Shown here one piece after another: positions 40,460-52,685 of a stretch of 64,000 nucleotides of DNA. This DNA comes from Octopus bimaculoides (lineage: Eukaryota): NCBI RefSeq assembly GCF_001194135.2, contig NC_068998.1, positions 39,619,085 through 39,683,084 on the forward strand. Reading direction: 5' to 3'. Position 1 is the first letter of the stretch, and every line of letters begins with the position of its first letter. The translations under genes and the position numbers were made by a program. The notes beneath the pieces were generated by a model. It saw only the letters and a list, made by a program, of their open reading frames with translations. It had not been told where the DNA came from and searched no databases.

Positions 40460-40749
40460 CAAATTAAAAGGGTAAAGATTTATCAATTTATTAATTTATT
40501 AATAAATCAACAATTAACAATTTTTACCAAGCCCTTCGGTATGTAAGCACCATTATCGGTGGAGAACTTATTTAAAAGTTCCCATACATTTATAAACATA
40601 ATTAAGGGATCAGCAATGAAACCTGTTTTTTCTTCTTGTTTTTGCCTTTGTGAGTTACAAGTAATGCTATCTGTTGGAGTCTCAGCTTTTTTAGCTGCTA
40701 TTTCTGAACTTCGGTATATGGTGAAGCAAATGCTTGCTGATCCCTTAAT

Positions 40750-40754
<5 letters not shown>
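40458..40754. mobile_element. AT-rich element between two (TA)n arrays with a 21-bp inverted repeat
   Basis: ACATAATTAAGGGATCAGCAA (40596-40616) is inverted at 40734-40754; weak hammerhead-like remnant at 40521-40566 (-). Confidence 0.5.
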
Positions 40755-40791
<37 letters not shown>

Positions 40792-41204
40792 TACTAAGAC
40801 AATAGGATGTGTGCATATGTGCATGTGTATGACTGTTGAGGTATGTATTTTTTATGTTCATATTTTATGCTTGCTTTGTTTATATTAGTAACTATATGGC
40901 TATATATATTTAGGTCAGTGAGTGCATTTAGGTATGTATGTATTTGGGGTCTGTGTATGATATGTACATGTTTCTTGGTTCCCCTCAGATGTGTCCCAAT
41001 TTTTCTTTGTCTTCAGTTCCCATAATTATAAATGGATGTATGCATGGGTGAGTGAATGTGGGGAACTGGTTGCATGAATCCTCTTCTCTTTCTTCCACCG
41101 ACATCTACCTCTACAATACCCAAAACTGACCTTGACCTTGTACCATCCCAGTTAACATCTCACAGCTATGTCTCTTGTTTCTCCCCCCCTCTCTCTCTCT
41201 GCAA

Positions 41205-41415
41205 AAACATCACAAAAACTGTTACCCAGAGTTTCCTGTTCCTGTTTGTCAGACAGTTGTGATCACAACAGTCCAACGAATGGGAACGTGAAACTCTGAG
41301 TAACAGTTTTTGTGATGTTTATACAGCTTTAATAAAAAAGCATATTACTCTACCTTCGGTATTCTAGTACTATTTTTTCCCACCTTGTTTTGCATTTATG
41401 TGATTACTCGTGTAC
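41205..41415. mobile_element. Older copy of the 53.8-kb palindromic family
   Basis: Inverted arms 41205-41320 containing GAAACTCTG(A/G)GTAACAGTT; tail AGCATATTACTCTACCT...CCACCTTGTT shared with 53961-54010. Confidence 0.7.
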
Positions 41416-41429
41416 ATATACATATTATT

Positions 41430-41785
41430 CTTTTATTCTCTTACTTGTTTCAGTCATTAGACTGCGGCCATTCTGGGGTACTGCCCTGAAGAATTTTTTT
41501 TAGTTGAATGGATCCCAGTACTTATTTATTTTTTTTTTTTAAGCCTGCTAAGTTATGGGGAATCTAAACACACCAAAACCAATTGTCAAGCAGTGATGGG
41601 GAACAGACACAAACACAGACACACACACGATGGGCTTCTTCCAGTTTCCATCTCCCAAATCTGCTCACAAAGTTTTGGTTGGGTCGAGGCTCTAGTAGAA
41701 GACACTTGACCAAGATGTCACACAGTGGGACTGAACCTGGAACCATGTGATCGAGAAGTAAGCTTCTTACCACACAGTCATGCCT
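41430..41785 (-). mobile_element. Family A SINE (minus strand)
   Basis: Reverse complement of the family A sequence including head and tail. Confidence 0.85.
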
Positions 41786-42153
41786 TAAAGAAATAAAATT
41801 TCAAAATAGGCCCTAGAATGAGACAAAGTTTCACTGGAGCTTCTAGCAAACTCAAATTGGATGGTTTATTTTTGTTGGATCATGAGAGTGTAGGTATTTG
41901 TGCGTGCATTGATATTTTGAAATAAAATTCTTTTCCCACATGTTGATTGTTTGGAAACGGCAACACCTTGAAATTTTTGCAACTTTCCTTTTCATTCCAG
42001 ATTGATAAATAATCAGGCACAACAGAGGAATTTTTATCAAATCTAAACAACCAAATTAGAATGACTGGAATGTGGTGGCATTCATGTTTTGTAAACTTGC
42101 TTGGCTGAGGTTTTCTATCTAATACCAGACAGTAACATTTTTTAACACCCATG

Positions 42154-42210
<57 letters not shown>

Positions 42211-42639
42211 GGTGGAAGGAGGGACATAGAGATAGATGGATACAGACACAGGCAGATAGATAGACAAATGGGGAGATAGAAAAATAGGTAGAATGTCTGT
42301 CTGTCAGAGTAGGACTTCTACAGATAGAAAGATAGACAGACAGATAGATATATACACAGGCAGAAAGATAGATATGCAGACAGGCAGATAGATAACTAGA
42401 CATTATGATCTGTGATTACCACAACTGAATGACAAAGAATACTCACGTTAACATTGTGTGCATCTGAGAATTGTAAACCAAAATATTCTTTTTCAATCAA
42501 ATCCAGGTAGTAAAATACTTGCTCAATAAGATCTTCACCAGTTGACTTTTTCTAGAAAAAAGAAAATTAAATCAAAATAGAAAATATTTCAATGAACTGA
42601 TAGCAAATAATTAAAGATTAATAAATATTTGTTATAATT

Positions 42640-43250
42640 CCTGTGTGGTAAGAAGCTTGCTTCCCCACCAAATGGTTCTGGGTTCAGTCCCACAGCATGG
42701 CACCTTGGGCAACCAAAACCTCGTGGATGGATTTGGTAGACGGAAATTGAAAGAAGTCCATCATGTGTGTGTATGTATATGTATGTGTATATATATATGT
42801 ATAAGATGTGTGTGTCTTTCTGTCTGTGTTTGTCCCCCTGTCACCACTTGACAACTGGTGTTGGTGTGTTTATATCCTTATAGCTTAGCAGTTTAGCAAA
42901 AGAGACTAAAAGAATAAGTACTAGTCTTAAGAAATAAGTCCTGGGGTCAATTTCTTCAACTATAACCTTTTAACCCTTTAGCATTTAAACCGGCCATATC
43001 CGGCCAAAAGTATTCTGCCTGTTCTATGTTCAAACTGGCCAGATATGGTCTCTCACACCAACCCTACAATATTGTTTTAAAAATTAACAGCTACCTCATC
43101 AAAATCTCATACCTATAAGATAATGTATGATTAGTTCAAAACAATGTAGATGAAAAAGCATTAATTTTGGCAGAATAATGTGAACACTAAAGGGTTAAGG
43201 TGGATCTTTGGCATGGCCACAGTCAAATGACTGAAACAAGTAAATGAATT
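42640..43250 (+). mobile_element. Family A SINE interrupted by a piggyBac MITE
   Basis: Head at ~42643, tail GACTGAAACAAGTAAA at ~43230-43245. Confidence 0.8.
42974..43194. mobile_element. piggyBac-type MITE nested in a SINE
   Basis: TTAA-CCCTTTAG...CTAAAGGG-TTAA interrupts the SINE 3' domain, which resumes ...GGCATGGCCACAGTCAAATGACTG. Confidence 0.85.
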
Positions 43251-43664
43251 AAAAAATTAAAAAATCCCTTAACTGGCGTAGCCATTCATTGAGGTGCCAC
43301 TCTAGCTTTTGCACTGGTGTCTAGAAGTACTAGGCTTACAAAGAAAAGGTCCTGGGGTTGATTTGCTCGACTAAAGGCAGTGCTCCAGCATGGCCACAGT
43401 CAAATGACTGAAACAAGTAAAAGAGTAAAGAGTATATATATATATATTTTAAGATGGCAAACTGGCAGAGTTGTTAGCATGCTTAGTGTCATTTCACCCG
43501 TCAGTGAGTTCTGAGTTCAAATACCGCCCTGGTTGACTTTGCCCTTCATCTTCTCAGGGTTGATAAAATAAGTACCAGTTGAGCATTGGGATCAATGTAA
43601 TTGACTTATCCCTCCTCCAAAATTGCTGGTCTTGTGCCAAAATTTGAAACCAATATATATATAG

Positions 43665-44158
43665 CTCTCATTTCTAAATAGGCTGATGCTCACTGCATCC
43701 TTAAGGCTTTGTGCTAATTTTATATTTTATAGTTTACAATGTTATTACACCTGTGAACCGCATGTGTTACTGCTGTTAATATTATCAATTATAAATATAT
43801 GCCATAGATGGTATTAATAATAGTAACATCTTATTTCAAATGTAAACATTTGAATGTTTTTTGCTCATAAATATTTTGTACCATGTGTTGCTGGTTTTTG
43901 GCGCAAAACAAGCCAGAGTATCAATGGATTTATAATGTGGCGGATTTGGAATTTCTTGCCCAGTAACTCATACTGAGGAAGGCCAACACCCGAAACCATG
44001 GTATATGAGCATATGCTTTTTAATTCTTTATCCATTTCCTCACATACTGTTATTTTCTATGATTTTGATGCCATCTGGCAGCTGAATTGAGATCTTATCT
44101 CTCATTTCTAAATAGGTAGATGTTCACTGTCTCCTTAAGGCTTCGTGCTAATTATATA
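43665..44158 (+). mobile_element. Non-coding hammerhead-bearing element with ~60-bp terminal direct repeat (PLE pLTR/retrozyme-like)
   Basis: CTCTCATTTCTAAATAGG...GTGCTAATT at 43665-43725 is repeated at 44099-44158 (about 7 differences, ~434-bp period); hammerhead inside; short TA runs at both edges. Confidence 0.7.
43967..44009 (+). ncRNA. Minimal type-I hammerhead ribozyme (intact core)
   Basis: CTCATA-CTGAGGA-A-GG(ccaacac)CC-GAAA-CCATGG-TA-TATGAG: perfect 6-bp stem I (CTCATA/TATGAG), CUGANGA and GAAA core, palindromic stem III ACCATGGT, GUA cleavage triplet (after 44003). Confidence 0.85.
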
Positions 44159-44940
44159 TCAGTGAAGGCATGGCTGAGTGGTTAAGAAGCTTACTTGCAA
44201 TCACATGGTTTTGAAACAGTGGATCTTGAAGAACATAAAGCTATAAATAGTAACATGTAAGTATGGAGTTGGGGTGGAAAACCCTATTGGACAGAAATAA
44301 GTCTACAGAAGATGTGTGTTCATGTTCTATAGACAGCCCAGTCCATCATAAGGCTTATTCACACTGGGCATCTGCTCAGGGACCTCAAAGGTCTAGGGGC
44401 TCTATTCTAAGCTGTGTATGCTGTGGTTGTCAATAAATAAATACTACAGGGCCCAGTGCATTGATTTGCCCAGGGGTTTATAATGCTTAGATGGCCTTCT
44501 GGCAGCCTTCAACTTTTTATATCCAAAAGCACTTTTTAACTCAATATTTACATGATATTATTTATAGTTTATGAGGATTGGTCTGCAAGAACCCTGTGCT
44601 GGTGGCACATAAAAGACACTTTGTGCCAGCACCATGTAAAAAGCATCCGGCACATTCTGTAAATTGATTGGTGTTAAGAAACCATCCAACCCATGCCGAT
44701 GATGATGATGATGACGAAATAATGTGCTTTGAGATCATTATTCTAAAAAGGAATTATTTTACATCCTCTCAAAAGTTTATAAATTCTTATAATGTTAATT
44801 ATTATTAGTTATTATTTTTTAATGGAACTTGCTCATTAAAATGGAGAACAGGTGTGTATGTGAGGGCATTATATACATGTGTATTTGTGTGTGTATGTAT
44901 GTATGTGTGTGTGTATATAGTATTCTTATATAAGAATGTT

Positions 44941-44990
44941 GTTGACAGTAACTTCAAAGTTTCAGCCAGCTAAGTTATTATCAGACAATG
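44941..44990 (-). ncRNA. Degenerate hammerhead motif in a hairpin element
   Basis: cattgt-CTGATAA-taacttagctggct-GAAA-CTTTGAAG-TT-actgtc; the mirror arm reads GAAACTTCGAA, so a consensus palindrome ACTTCGAAGT is inferred. Confidence 0.4.
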
Positions 44991-45992
44991 GCTTAGCTGG
45001 CTGAAACTTCGAACCACTGCCAACAATATTCTTGTAAAAGAATAATTTGTACTCTACAAAAGCATAGAGTAACCCATCAGATTAATTTAAAATTGCTTTT
45101 ATTGTCATTGAATGTAAAAGCAAACATTAACACACACACATATACATACATACATACACACACATGAGAATCTAGTGGAAAGAGTCTTTGATAGTACAGT
45201 AAACTATCTCAAGAGAGAGCTGCTGCCATAATTTCTTTTGTCTTTGTTCATTGTTGATGTTAAAAAATAATTAAATAAAAAACCCTCCCAGTTGTCTGTA
45301 ATTGAGCAAACTGAAGTGTGAGAAAATACTTTATTGTTGATGAAGCCATACAATAAAAATTTTTTTTTTTTAATGAGCTGTGTGTGGGATAGCAAAACAT
45401 TCATTTTTCACTGTCCAATAAGGAAGCCTCCATGTGGTTATTCAATATGCTACCTAGAAAGAGTAGCTAAATTCTCTTCAAACAACACCTTACTATCTTT
45501 AAAAAATAGAAGGGCACAGTAGATAATGTAATATTGAAAACATTTGTTTGAAAATTAAATGGTGTACTCAAAGCAAGAACAGTTTTTAAGCATAGTGCTA
45601 CTTGATCAGTTGTGACCTGAAACTAAGTCATAACAAGGAGCCATGATCACTCTGTTGACCTGCATACCTCCTCTCAACAAAACCTCTTCAGACACCCACA
45701 TCTTATTCACTAGTGAAATCTATTGTCTAACAAGGGAGCCTCTAAGCAGTCACTTGAAATGCCTGCTAGAATTAGTAACAAAATCTCCCTCAGGTCACAC
45801 GCCATGAAAGTAATAACATTTTAATTTTGCAAAAATGTGAAAAATACAAACCAAAATTTAATACTTCATTTGATAAATAGCAAGCAAAAGTACTTACAAA
45901 AGTGCCTTCTATAAGTTGAAATTATTCTTATTTACATGTTAAAATATATACCCATTTTTAGGTAATATATTTCAAAGATTTTTGCTTTAAGG

Positions 45993-46244
45993 TAGAGGTT
46001 CTCAACTTAGGTCCATATGGCCCCTAGGGTCCATCTAAGATTTTGTTGTTAAAATATTTTGTGTATTGCAGAAGTATAACCAATTTACTGCTCATAAATT
46101 TTAACAACTTTTTTTATACAATTCCTAATCATATTTAATTATGTAAATATAATGGTATTTTTTAAGCATCAAATGGTGCAGAGGACCCACCCAAATAAAA
46201 TAGGAATCAAAGGGTCCACAGACAAAAAATGGTTGAGAAACACA
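45993..46244. mobile_element. hAT-like MITE (second copy)
   Basis: TAGAGGTTCTCAAC ... GGTTGAGAAACACA; shared interior AATAAAATAGGAATCAAAGGG. Confidence 0.6.
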
Positions 46245-48559
46245 GCTTTGAGGTATTCCAAATATTTTTATTTATCCTAAAATACATTGAAAGTAATAAA
46301 ATAGTTAGGAAATCTCTACTTGACATTAAGGGTTCAAATCATGCCAGTGTCAGCTTTGCCTACCATCCCCTCCAGTAGAGTGGACTGGGGAAATTTGCCC
46401 CACAGCCACTACCACCACCACCACCACCAAAGGAAATAGATTTAATAAAATAAGTATGTTTGTTAAGTAGGTACTGAAGTCAATTTCATAAACTGTATAT
46501 TCTCATCCCAACATTAAAATGTGTGACCTTCTACTTATCTTAGACACTATCAACAACTTCAAGTAGCACTTGAGGAAGAAGATGATAGCAAAGAGCTAGA
46601 TACTGTCCTCAAGTAAATTTGCTGAAAGGTGAGATTGGTGGGTGTGTATGGACTGATTACATGGGTCTATCTTGAACATGTGGTCATAGGATAGAGGAGA
46701 CAACAGGTGGGAAAAGATACTTGTCTTTAGTAGTCATAGTAACTTGAGACATGTGGGTGGTACTTCATGATTGTTGTTCAGTGACTGTTCGACTTCCTAT
46801 TGGAACCATTTCACAGTACGTTCTATTTTTCCATTCCTATCATCTATATAAATGCATGATCAATTTATACTCCACTGTCTTAGAATGCCCTATCCTTTAA
46901 CCTTGTGGCAAGAAAAGAAAGTATTATTATGTTGTCAGATATTTGTTTTAACATGTAAGGCAGATCTAGTTACTAGCTGAGTTCAACATGAAGATTATCC
47001 TGCTACCCTCCTTTAGTTGGGAAAGGCAGGAAGTTTTCCTCTGTCCGGTAGCTAAAATGAAAGATATTGTGTGGTAGATGAAAAGAATGAAGATTGAAAC
47101 ATTCTTCTTTGGTTAAGACTTCATTGATATTTCGAAGTCCCACTGAGAGAAAGGTGTTGCCCTTCATCCAGTTAATTTGTTGAAAGGTGGATCAGAGTAG
47201 CAAGCAAGGTTTGAGTGAATGGAATTAGTTTCAGCATGTGCCTGCAGACTGATGAATGACTGCTGGAAGAGAACTCTTTACCTACCAATGGCAAAGTAAT
47301 CCTATGGCAGCGAGCTGGAAGAATTGTTAGCATACCAAGCAAAATGGTTTTTTGTCTGACTTATGTACTGAGCTCAAATTCTGCTGAGGTCAAATTTGCC
47401 TTTCACCCATTTTTTTTTCGGCAGGGGTGTGTGTCAACAAAATAAGTACCAGTTGAACACTGGGGTTGATGTAATCAATTTACACCCCCTGCCCCTAAAA
47501 TTGCTGGCCATGTGCCAAAATTTAAAACCAATATGCAAAATAATTCTAGATGTGACGGTTCCTTGATAGCCCCACTCCTAACCTCCTAGACAACAGTCTT
47601 CCTCTTGGGATATTACTATATTTTATACAGCATAATGTGCAAACAAACCATCACTTTGCATTTCATTTTATTTTATTTTTGCAACCTTGCCCCTACAAGA
47701 CAACCAAGTTGCTGAGTCAGTCTTTAGAATGATGGACAAATTGCTTTGGGGTAATCATTCAGGCTCCTGCTGAGATCAATTATATTTCTCATCCTTTCAG
47801 GAGTCAATTAAATAAGTACCAATCAAGGACGGTGGATTAGAGGAAGTGTAAAAATATTAACTATTTAACATTCATATTGCTTTGAATTAATCTTGCATTA
47901 TTTCATAGCTTCCAGACTTCAATGATGTGATTGTTTATTTTTAGAATGACATTGTTGGATAGGTGTGAGAGGCAAGATCTGACCAGTTTGAACATAAAAC
48001 AGGTATTTGGGGTGGATATGGCTGGTTTAAATGCTAAAGGGTTAAAACAGATTTTTTGCAGTATTTGCTCTGGTTCTTTGTGTCTTGAGTTCATATTCAT
48101 CTGTGGCCTACTTGAGAAGATAGACTTAATCTGACACCTTGGATATCTTTAGTCGACCCCATTCTATTGCAAGAATATGAGCCAGATCACTAGTTTGAGG
48201 ATAACATCTTCCCTGCCTCCTTCCCACCATTTTCAGAAATCTGTAAGAAGTCGTAAGCACTGTCTTCCCTCCAGACTAAAAGATTTTTTAAAATAAACAA
48301 AAAGAACATCTATTACACATCATTCCTTTATTTATTTGTTTATTTTCCCATATTAACAGTGTCATATTCCATATCACACCCACCTGTTTTTGTAATTTGT
48401 TCTTGTAAAAACACCAAGCCTCTGCCTGTCAACCTTCAGCTTATGGCAATAAACCAAATCATTTATAAAATAAAAAAAAATCATTACTTTTATTATCTTT
48501 ACTTTTATCCTCATCATTATGATTATTATTATCAACATTATTATCACCATTTATTAATG

Positions 48560-48860
48560 TAAGGACTTTCGAGCGAGATCGTTGCCAGTGCCCCTGGACT
48601 GGCTCTTGTGCGGGTGGCACGTAAAATACACCATTTTGAGTATGGCCATTGCCAGTACCGCCTGACTGGCCTTCGTGCCGGTGGCACGTAAAAGCACCCA
48701 CTACACTCTCGGAGTGGTTGGCGTTAGGAAGGGCATCCAGCTGTAGAAACTCTGCCAAATCAGATTGGAGACTTGTGTAGCCATCCGGTTCACCAATCCT
48801 CAGTCAAATCGTCCAACCCATGCTAGCATGGAAAGCGGACGTTAAACGATGATGATGATG
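48560..48860 (+). mobile_element. RTE-like LINE 3' end with GTGCCGGTGGCACGTAAAA subrepeats and (GAT)n tail
   Basis: Ends CCAACCCATGCTAGCATGGAAAGCGGACGTTAAACGATGATGATG; homologues at about 14880-15095(+), 21365-21700(-), 26600-26780(-), 30050-30310(+), 40020-40290(-), 50040-50440(+) and 55995-56200(-). Confidence 0.75.
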
Positions 48861-49708
48861 ATTGTTATTCCTCATCCCTCCCTTTTACTTGATGTAAATC
48901 CCCCGTTTTTTGGGTTTTTTTTTTTGTTATTCTATGTATAATATTTCGCTTTTAGACTGTCCCTAACATTTCCAGAGCCCTGTGGCCAATGAAAAATCAT
49001 TATCCGCCTCCTCTTCATCATCATCATCATCGTTATTATTATTTCCCCCAAAAATGCTTGCCTATCTCTGTCTAATAGCTTAACGGTGTAGCAATTATAG
49101 CAACAAGATCTCTAGGTCAAGATATCTTGACCTACTTCAGGATTTAAAGAGAGAGAAAGAGACAGAGACAGACAAACAGCTAGATAATGGGCAATACAAC
49201 CAATATTAATATATATATTATACAATAACAGAATCAGAGACAATAGCAGCAGTAGCCAGAGTGTAAGAAAGCCTCTGCGTATGTATGTGTGTATGTGTGT
49301 ATAAATAGATACATATAGATATAGCGAGGGTTGAGTGCATATGTATTTGCATGTATGAATATGTGTGTATGTATGTGCGTGTATAGATCACATACACATG
49401 CATACATAGATGTATGTATATGTACACAGACAAACACACCAATTCATGTACTCATACACACACACAAACACACATATAAATGTAAACAACTTGTTTACAT
49501 TTTATAAGCTATGTACAATAATAGATACCATATTTGTGTGGGTGGGTCTCTTTGTGTCTGTCCCCCCCCCACCGCTGCTTGACGACTGGTGTTGGTGTAT
49601 TTATGTCACTGTAACTTAGCAGCTTGGCAAAAGAGACCAATAGAATAAGTACCAGCCTTAAAAGAAAAAAAGCACTGGGGTACATATACATATGTTATAT
49701 ATATATAT

Positions 49709-49917
49709 AAGTTCAAAAAAGAAAAACGACAAAAAACCAACAAAAAACAACAACATGAGGATGTGATACAGATTGTGTTACTGGACGCTCGGGAAAGGAA
49801 AGAAAGAGAATTTGATGTTTTGAGCGGAGCTCTTCGTCGGAAACATAGGAAAGTCCAAAGAAGGGAAGACGGAGGAAGAAAAAAAATTGCCAACGATATC
49901 CATGAAAGTTACATTGT

Positions 49918-49920
<3 letters not shown>
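49709..49920 (-). mobile_element. PLE pLTR-like fragment between (TA)n arrays
   Basis: Pyrimidine-rich on the minus strand, contains the decayed hammerhead, TA runs on both flanks. Confidence 0.55.
49810..49846 (-). ncRNA. Decayed minimal hammerhead motif
   Basis: atgttt-CCGACGA-A-GAGC(tcc)GCTC-AAAA-CATC-aaat; restoring two CG>CA changes gives GAAA-CGTC with an ACGT palindrome and a GUC site. Confidence 0.55.
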
Positions 49921-49951
<31 letters not shown>

Positions 49952-50039
49952 AATATATAATAAGATAAGAAAATAGAGAGCAGTAATTAATAAATAATAA
50001 AGCCAGTGTCACTTAACCAGCCTGTTTAAAATTACCCTT

Positions 50040-50440
50040 CAATCATTGGGCAATATGCTGTGCTTCAAAAGACCTGTTGAATCAAGTGAAATCGTAGTTG
50101 TGGCCGATGCCAGTGCCGCCTGACTGGCACCCCTGCTGGTGGGACATGAAATGTACCATTCGAGCATGCCCGGTGCCAGTGCCACCTAACTGGCTTCTGT
50201 GCTGGTGGCACATAAAAAGCTCCATTTGAGCGTGCTCAATGCCAGTGCCACCTGACCGGCCCCTGTGCCAGTGACATGTAAAAAGCATCCACTAGATTCT
50301 CGAGTGGTTAGCATTAGGAAGGGCATCCAGCAATAGAAAACTTGCCATATCAGATTGGAGCCTGGTAGAGCCAGTCCTCAGTCAAACCGTCCAACCCATG
50401 CCAGCATGGAAAGTGGAAGCTGATGATGATGATGAAGATG
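50040..50440 (+). mobile_element. RTE-like LINE 3' end, longer copy
   Basis: Three subrepeats of TGCCAGTGCC.CCT.AC.GGC...GTG.CA..T.AAA, then a (GAT)n tail. Confidence 0.75.
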
Positions 50441-50882
50441 ATATATCTATATATCTCACTATGTGATTATAAAGTCTGCTTCCCAAACACATGGTTTCAG
50501 GTTCAATCTTACCTTGTGGCACCTTGGGCAAGTGTATTTTACTATAACGTTAAACCAACAAAAGCATTGTGTGTGTATTTGGTAGACAGAAACTGAAAAG
50601 AAGCCTATTAAGTGTACATACATATGTGTGTATGTGTGTGTGCATATTGTAGATAAGTGAGTGAATGTGTCCCTGTTGTTGACATCATATGCTAATTGTA
50701 AACAAACACTCATCATCATGCTGGCTTTGTACCCTTTAAGACTTGTGAAATAAGAGATCCATTCCTTGAGAAATAGGTAAGGATTAGCAACAGGAAGGGC
50801 ATCCAGCTGAAAAACAATACCTCAATAACATGTTTGTATAAACCATGCTAGCATGGGAAAAAGGACATTAAATGATAGAATA

Positions 50883-50917
<35 letters not shown>

Positions 50918-52198
50918 TGTGTGTGTGCACCTTGTATTGGTTTTAATCATTAGCCTATGACCATGCTGGAGCACTACTTTCAAGGGTTTAGTTGATCACA
51001 TTATACCCAATGCTGATTTCAGTTTGATGCTTATATTATAGATCTCCATTGAACCAATAGTTCACACACACACAGCACTTCTGCTTGCTCTGGTCAGACC
51101 ATATGATCGAGTGTCAGGCTAGAGGTATATAAGAAAGTACGTATGTGATAAAGAGAGAGAAACTAACAAGGATGGTGGGTAGCAATATACATAGACACTC
51201 TCTTTCCTTGCTATACCTTCTTCTAACACCATATTTTACCTCCTCCTCCTACTCACAGTCACTACCATCACCAATGCATTTCTTTCCCTCCCTCTTACCT
51301 TCTCTATGTTTTGACTATGATATAAACAATAAAGGAATCCTATTTACAAACAAACAATAGCTCTGTGTAACTGTACTAATCCTACCACTCCCACTGACTC
51401 AATACCAGCATCACTCACCACCACCATGCCACCATACCATGATGACAACAAGGACAGCAATAATGACGACAACCACCATCACCACCACTACCACCACCAC
51501 CATTATCAAACACCATGAAAATATTTTTTCTCTGACAAGATTTGAAATAAATACTTTCAACACTCCACCACACACACACATTATATATACATATACACAC
51601 AATCATGTATATTTACACACACACACACGTTCTGCTCTCTGGCTGCCACTCACCCAACAATTGTTACATCTGCCCCGTGTCTCCTCTCCACCATTCCAAC
51701 TCCCTCTGACTTATTCCATCATCAGAACTTACAATTGAACTAGATTTTAGAACAACTTTTAACCTAAATTAACCTACACCTTCACACTTACACCACAACA
51801 ATGCTATATCAGTTTATCACAGACACACTATCACTACGGCAGTGAAATACTGTACCACTACACTATACTACAACCACATTACAGCATAATTGCAGTATAC
51901 TATGACCATACTACACCACATCTACCCTACACCACTACAAGCCAAATGCCACATTGCAAAACTACCATTCTATTCTACACCACATTCAAGCCAATGAAAG
52001 TGAGGTGGGGTTCTGTGGAGTCATTCATCCTATTAGAAACAGACGCTAAATCTCCGTTAAATCACAGCCTACAGTTTAACCTTTAGCATTTAATCCAGCC
52101 ATATCCGGCTCAAATATTCTACCTGTATTATGTTCAAACTGACCAGATCCAATTTCTCACATCTACTCTATACAAAGTTATGAGATAATGTACAGTTT

Positions 52199-52685
52199 GA
52201 AGTAGTTGTATGCTGTCAACTTAATGTGACAGTCCCCTGAAGGGAATGATACTACTGTTGGTTAGACCTAGGAAGCTGCACCACTTCCTGTCGGCCTTGA
52301 CACATTTCCTGTGTCCTTATGTTTACAAAGGGGAAATTTGAAATCAGTGAATGCATTTCACTAGAATTATTATATGTTTACAAGAGCTTGACAGGCATCT
52401 TTGACTAGCAGGTCATGCTACTCCAGACTGATGACGAGCAAAGACTCAGAAACATGTCTCTGGATGCAGGCTTAGCTAAGTGGAGGTGCTTGTCTCCCCC
52501 TTGTAAACATAAGGACACAGGAAATGTGTCAAGGCCGACAGGAAGCGGTGCAGCTTTCTAGGTCTAACCAACAGACTTATCATTCCCTTCAGGGGACTGT
52601 CACATTAAGTTGACAGCATACAACTACTTCATTGTATCACTACTGCATAAATCTCTCTGAGAGATTTAGAAATGTATTATTTCTA
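52199..52685. mobile_element. Fold-back Penelope-like fragment: ~135-bp inverted arms around a hammerhead spacer
   Basis: 52199-52333 is the reverse complement of 52497-52631; same family as the fragment at 39491-39645. Confidence 0.75.
52422..52464 (+). ncRNA. Minimal type-I hammerhead ribozyme
   Basis: TCCAGA-CTGATGA-CGAG(caaaga)CTCA-GAAA-CATG-TC-TCTGGA: perfect stem I (TCCAGA/TCTGGA), full core, palindromic stem III ACATGT, GUC site (after 52458); C-A mismatch at the base of stem II. Confidence 0.85.

Noticed and set aside
48560-48700. GTGCCGGTGGCACGTAAAA repeats with spacers, superficially CRISPR-like
   Set aside because: Two to three degenerate subrepeats inside a eukaryotic LINE 3' end, with non-unique spacers and no cas genes.
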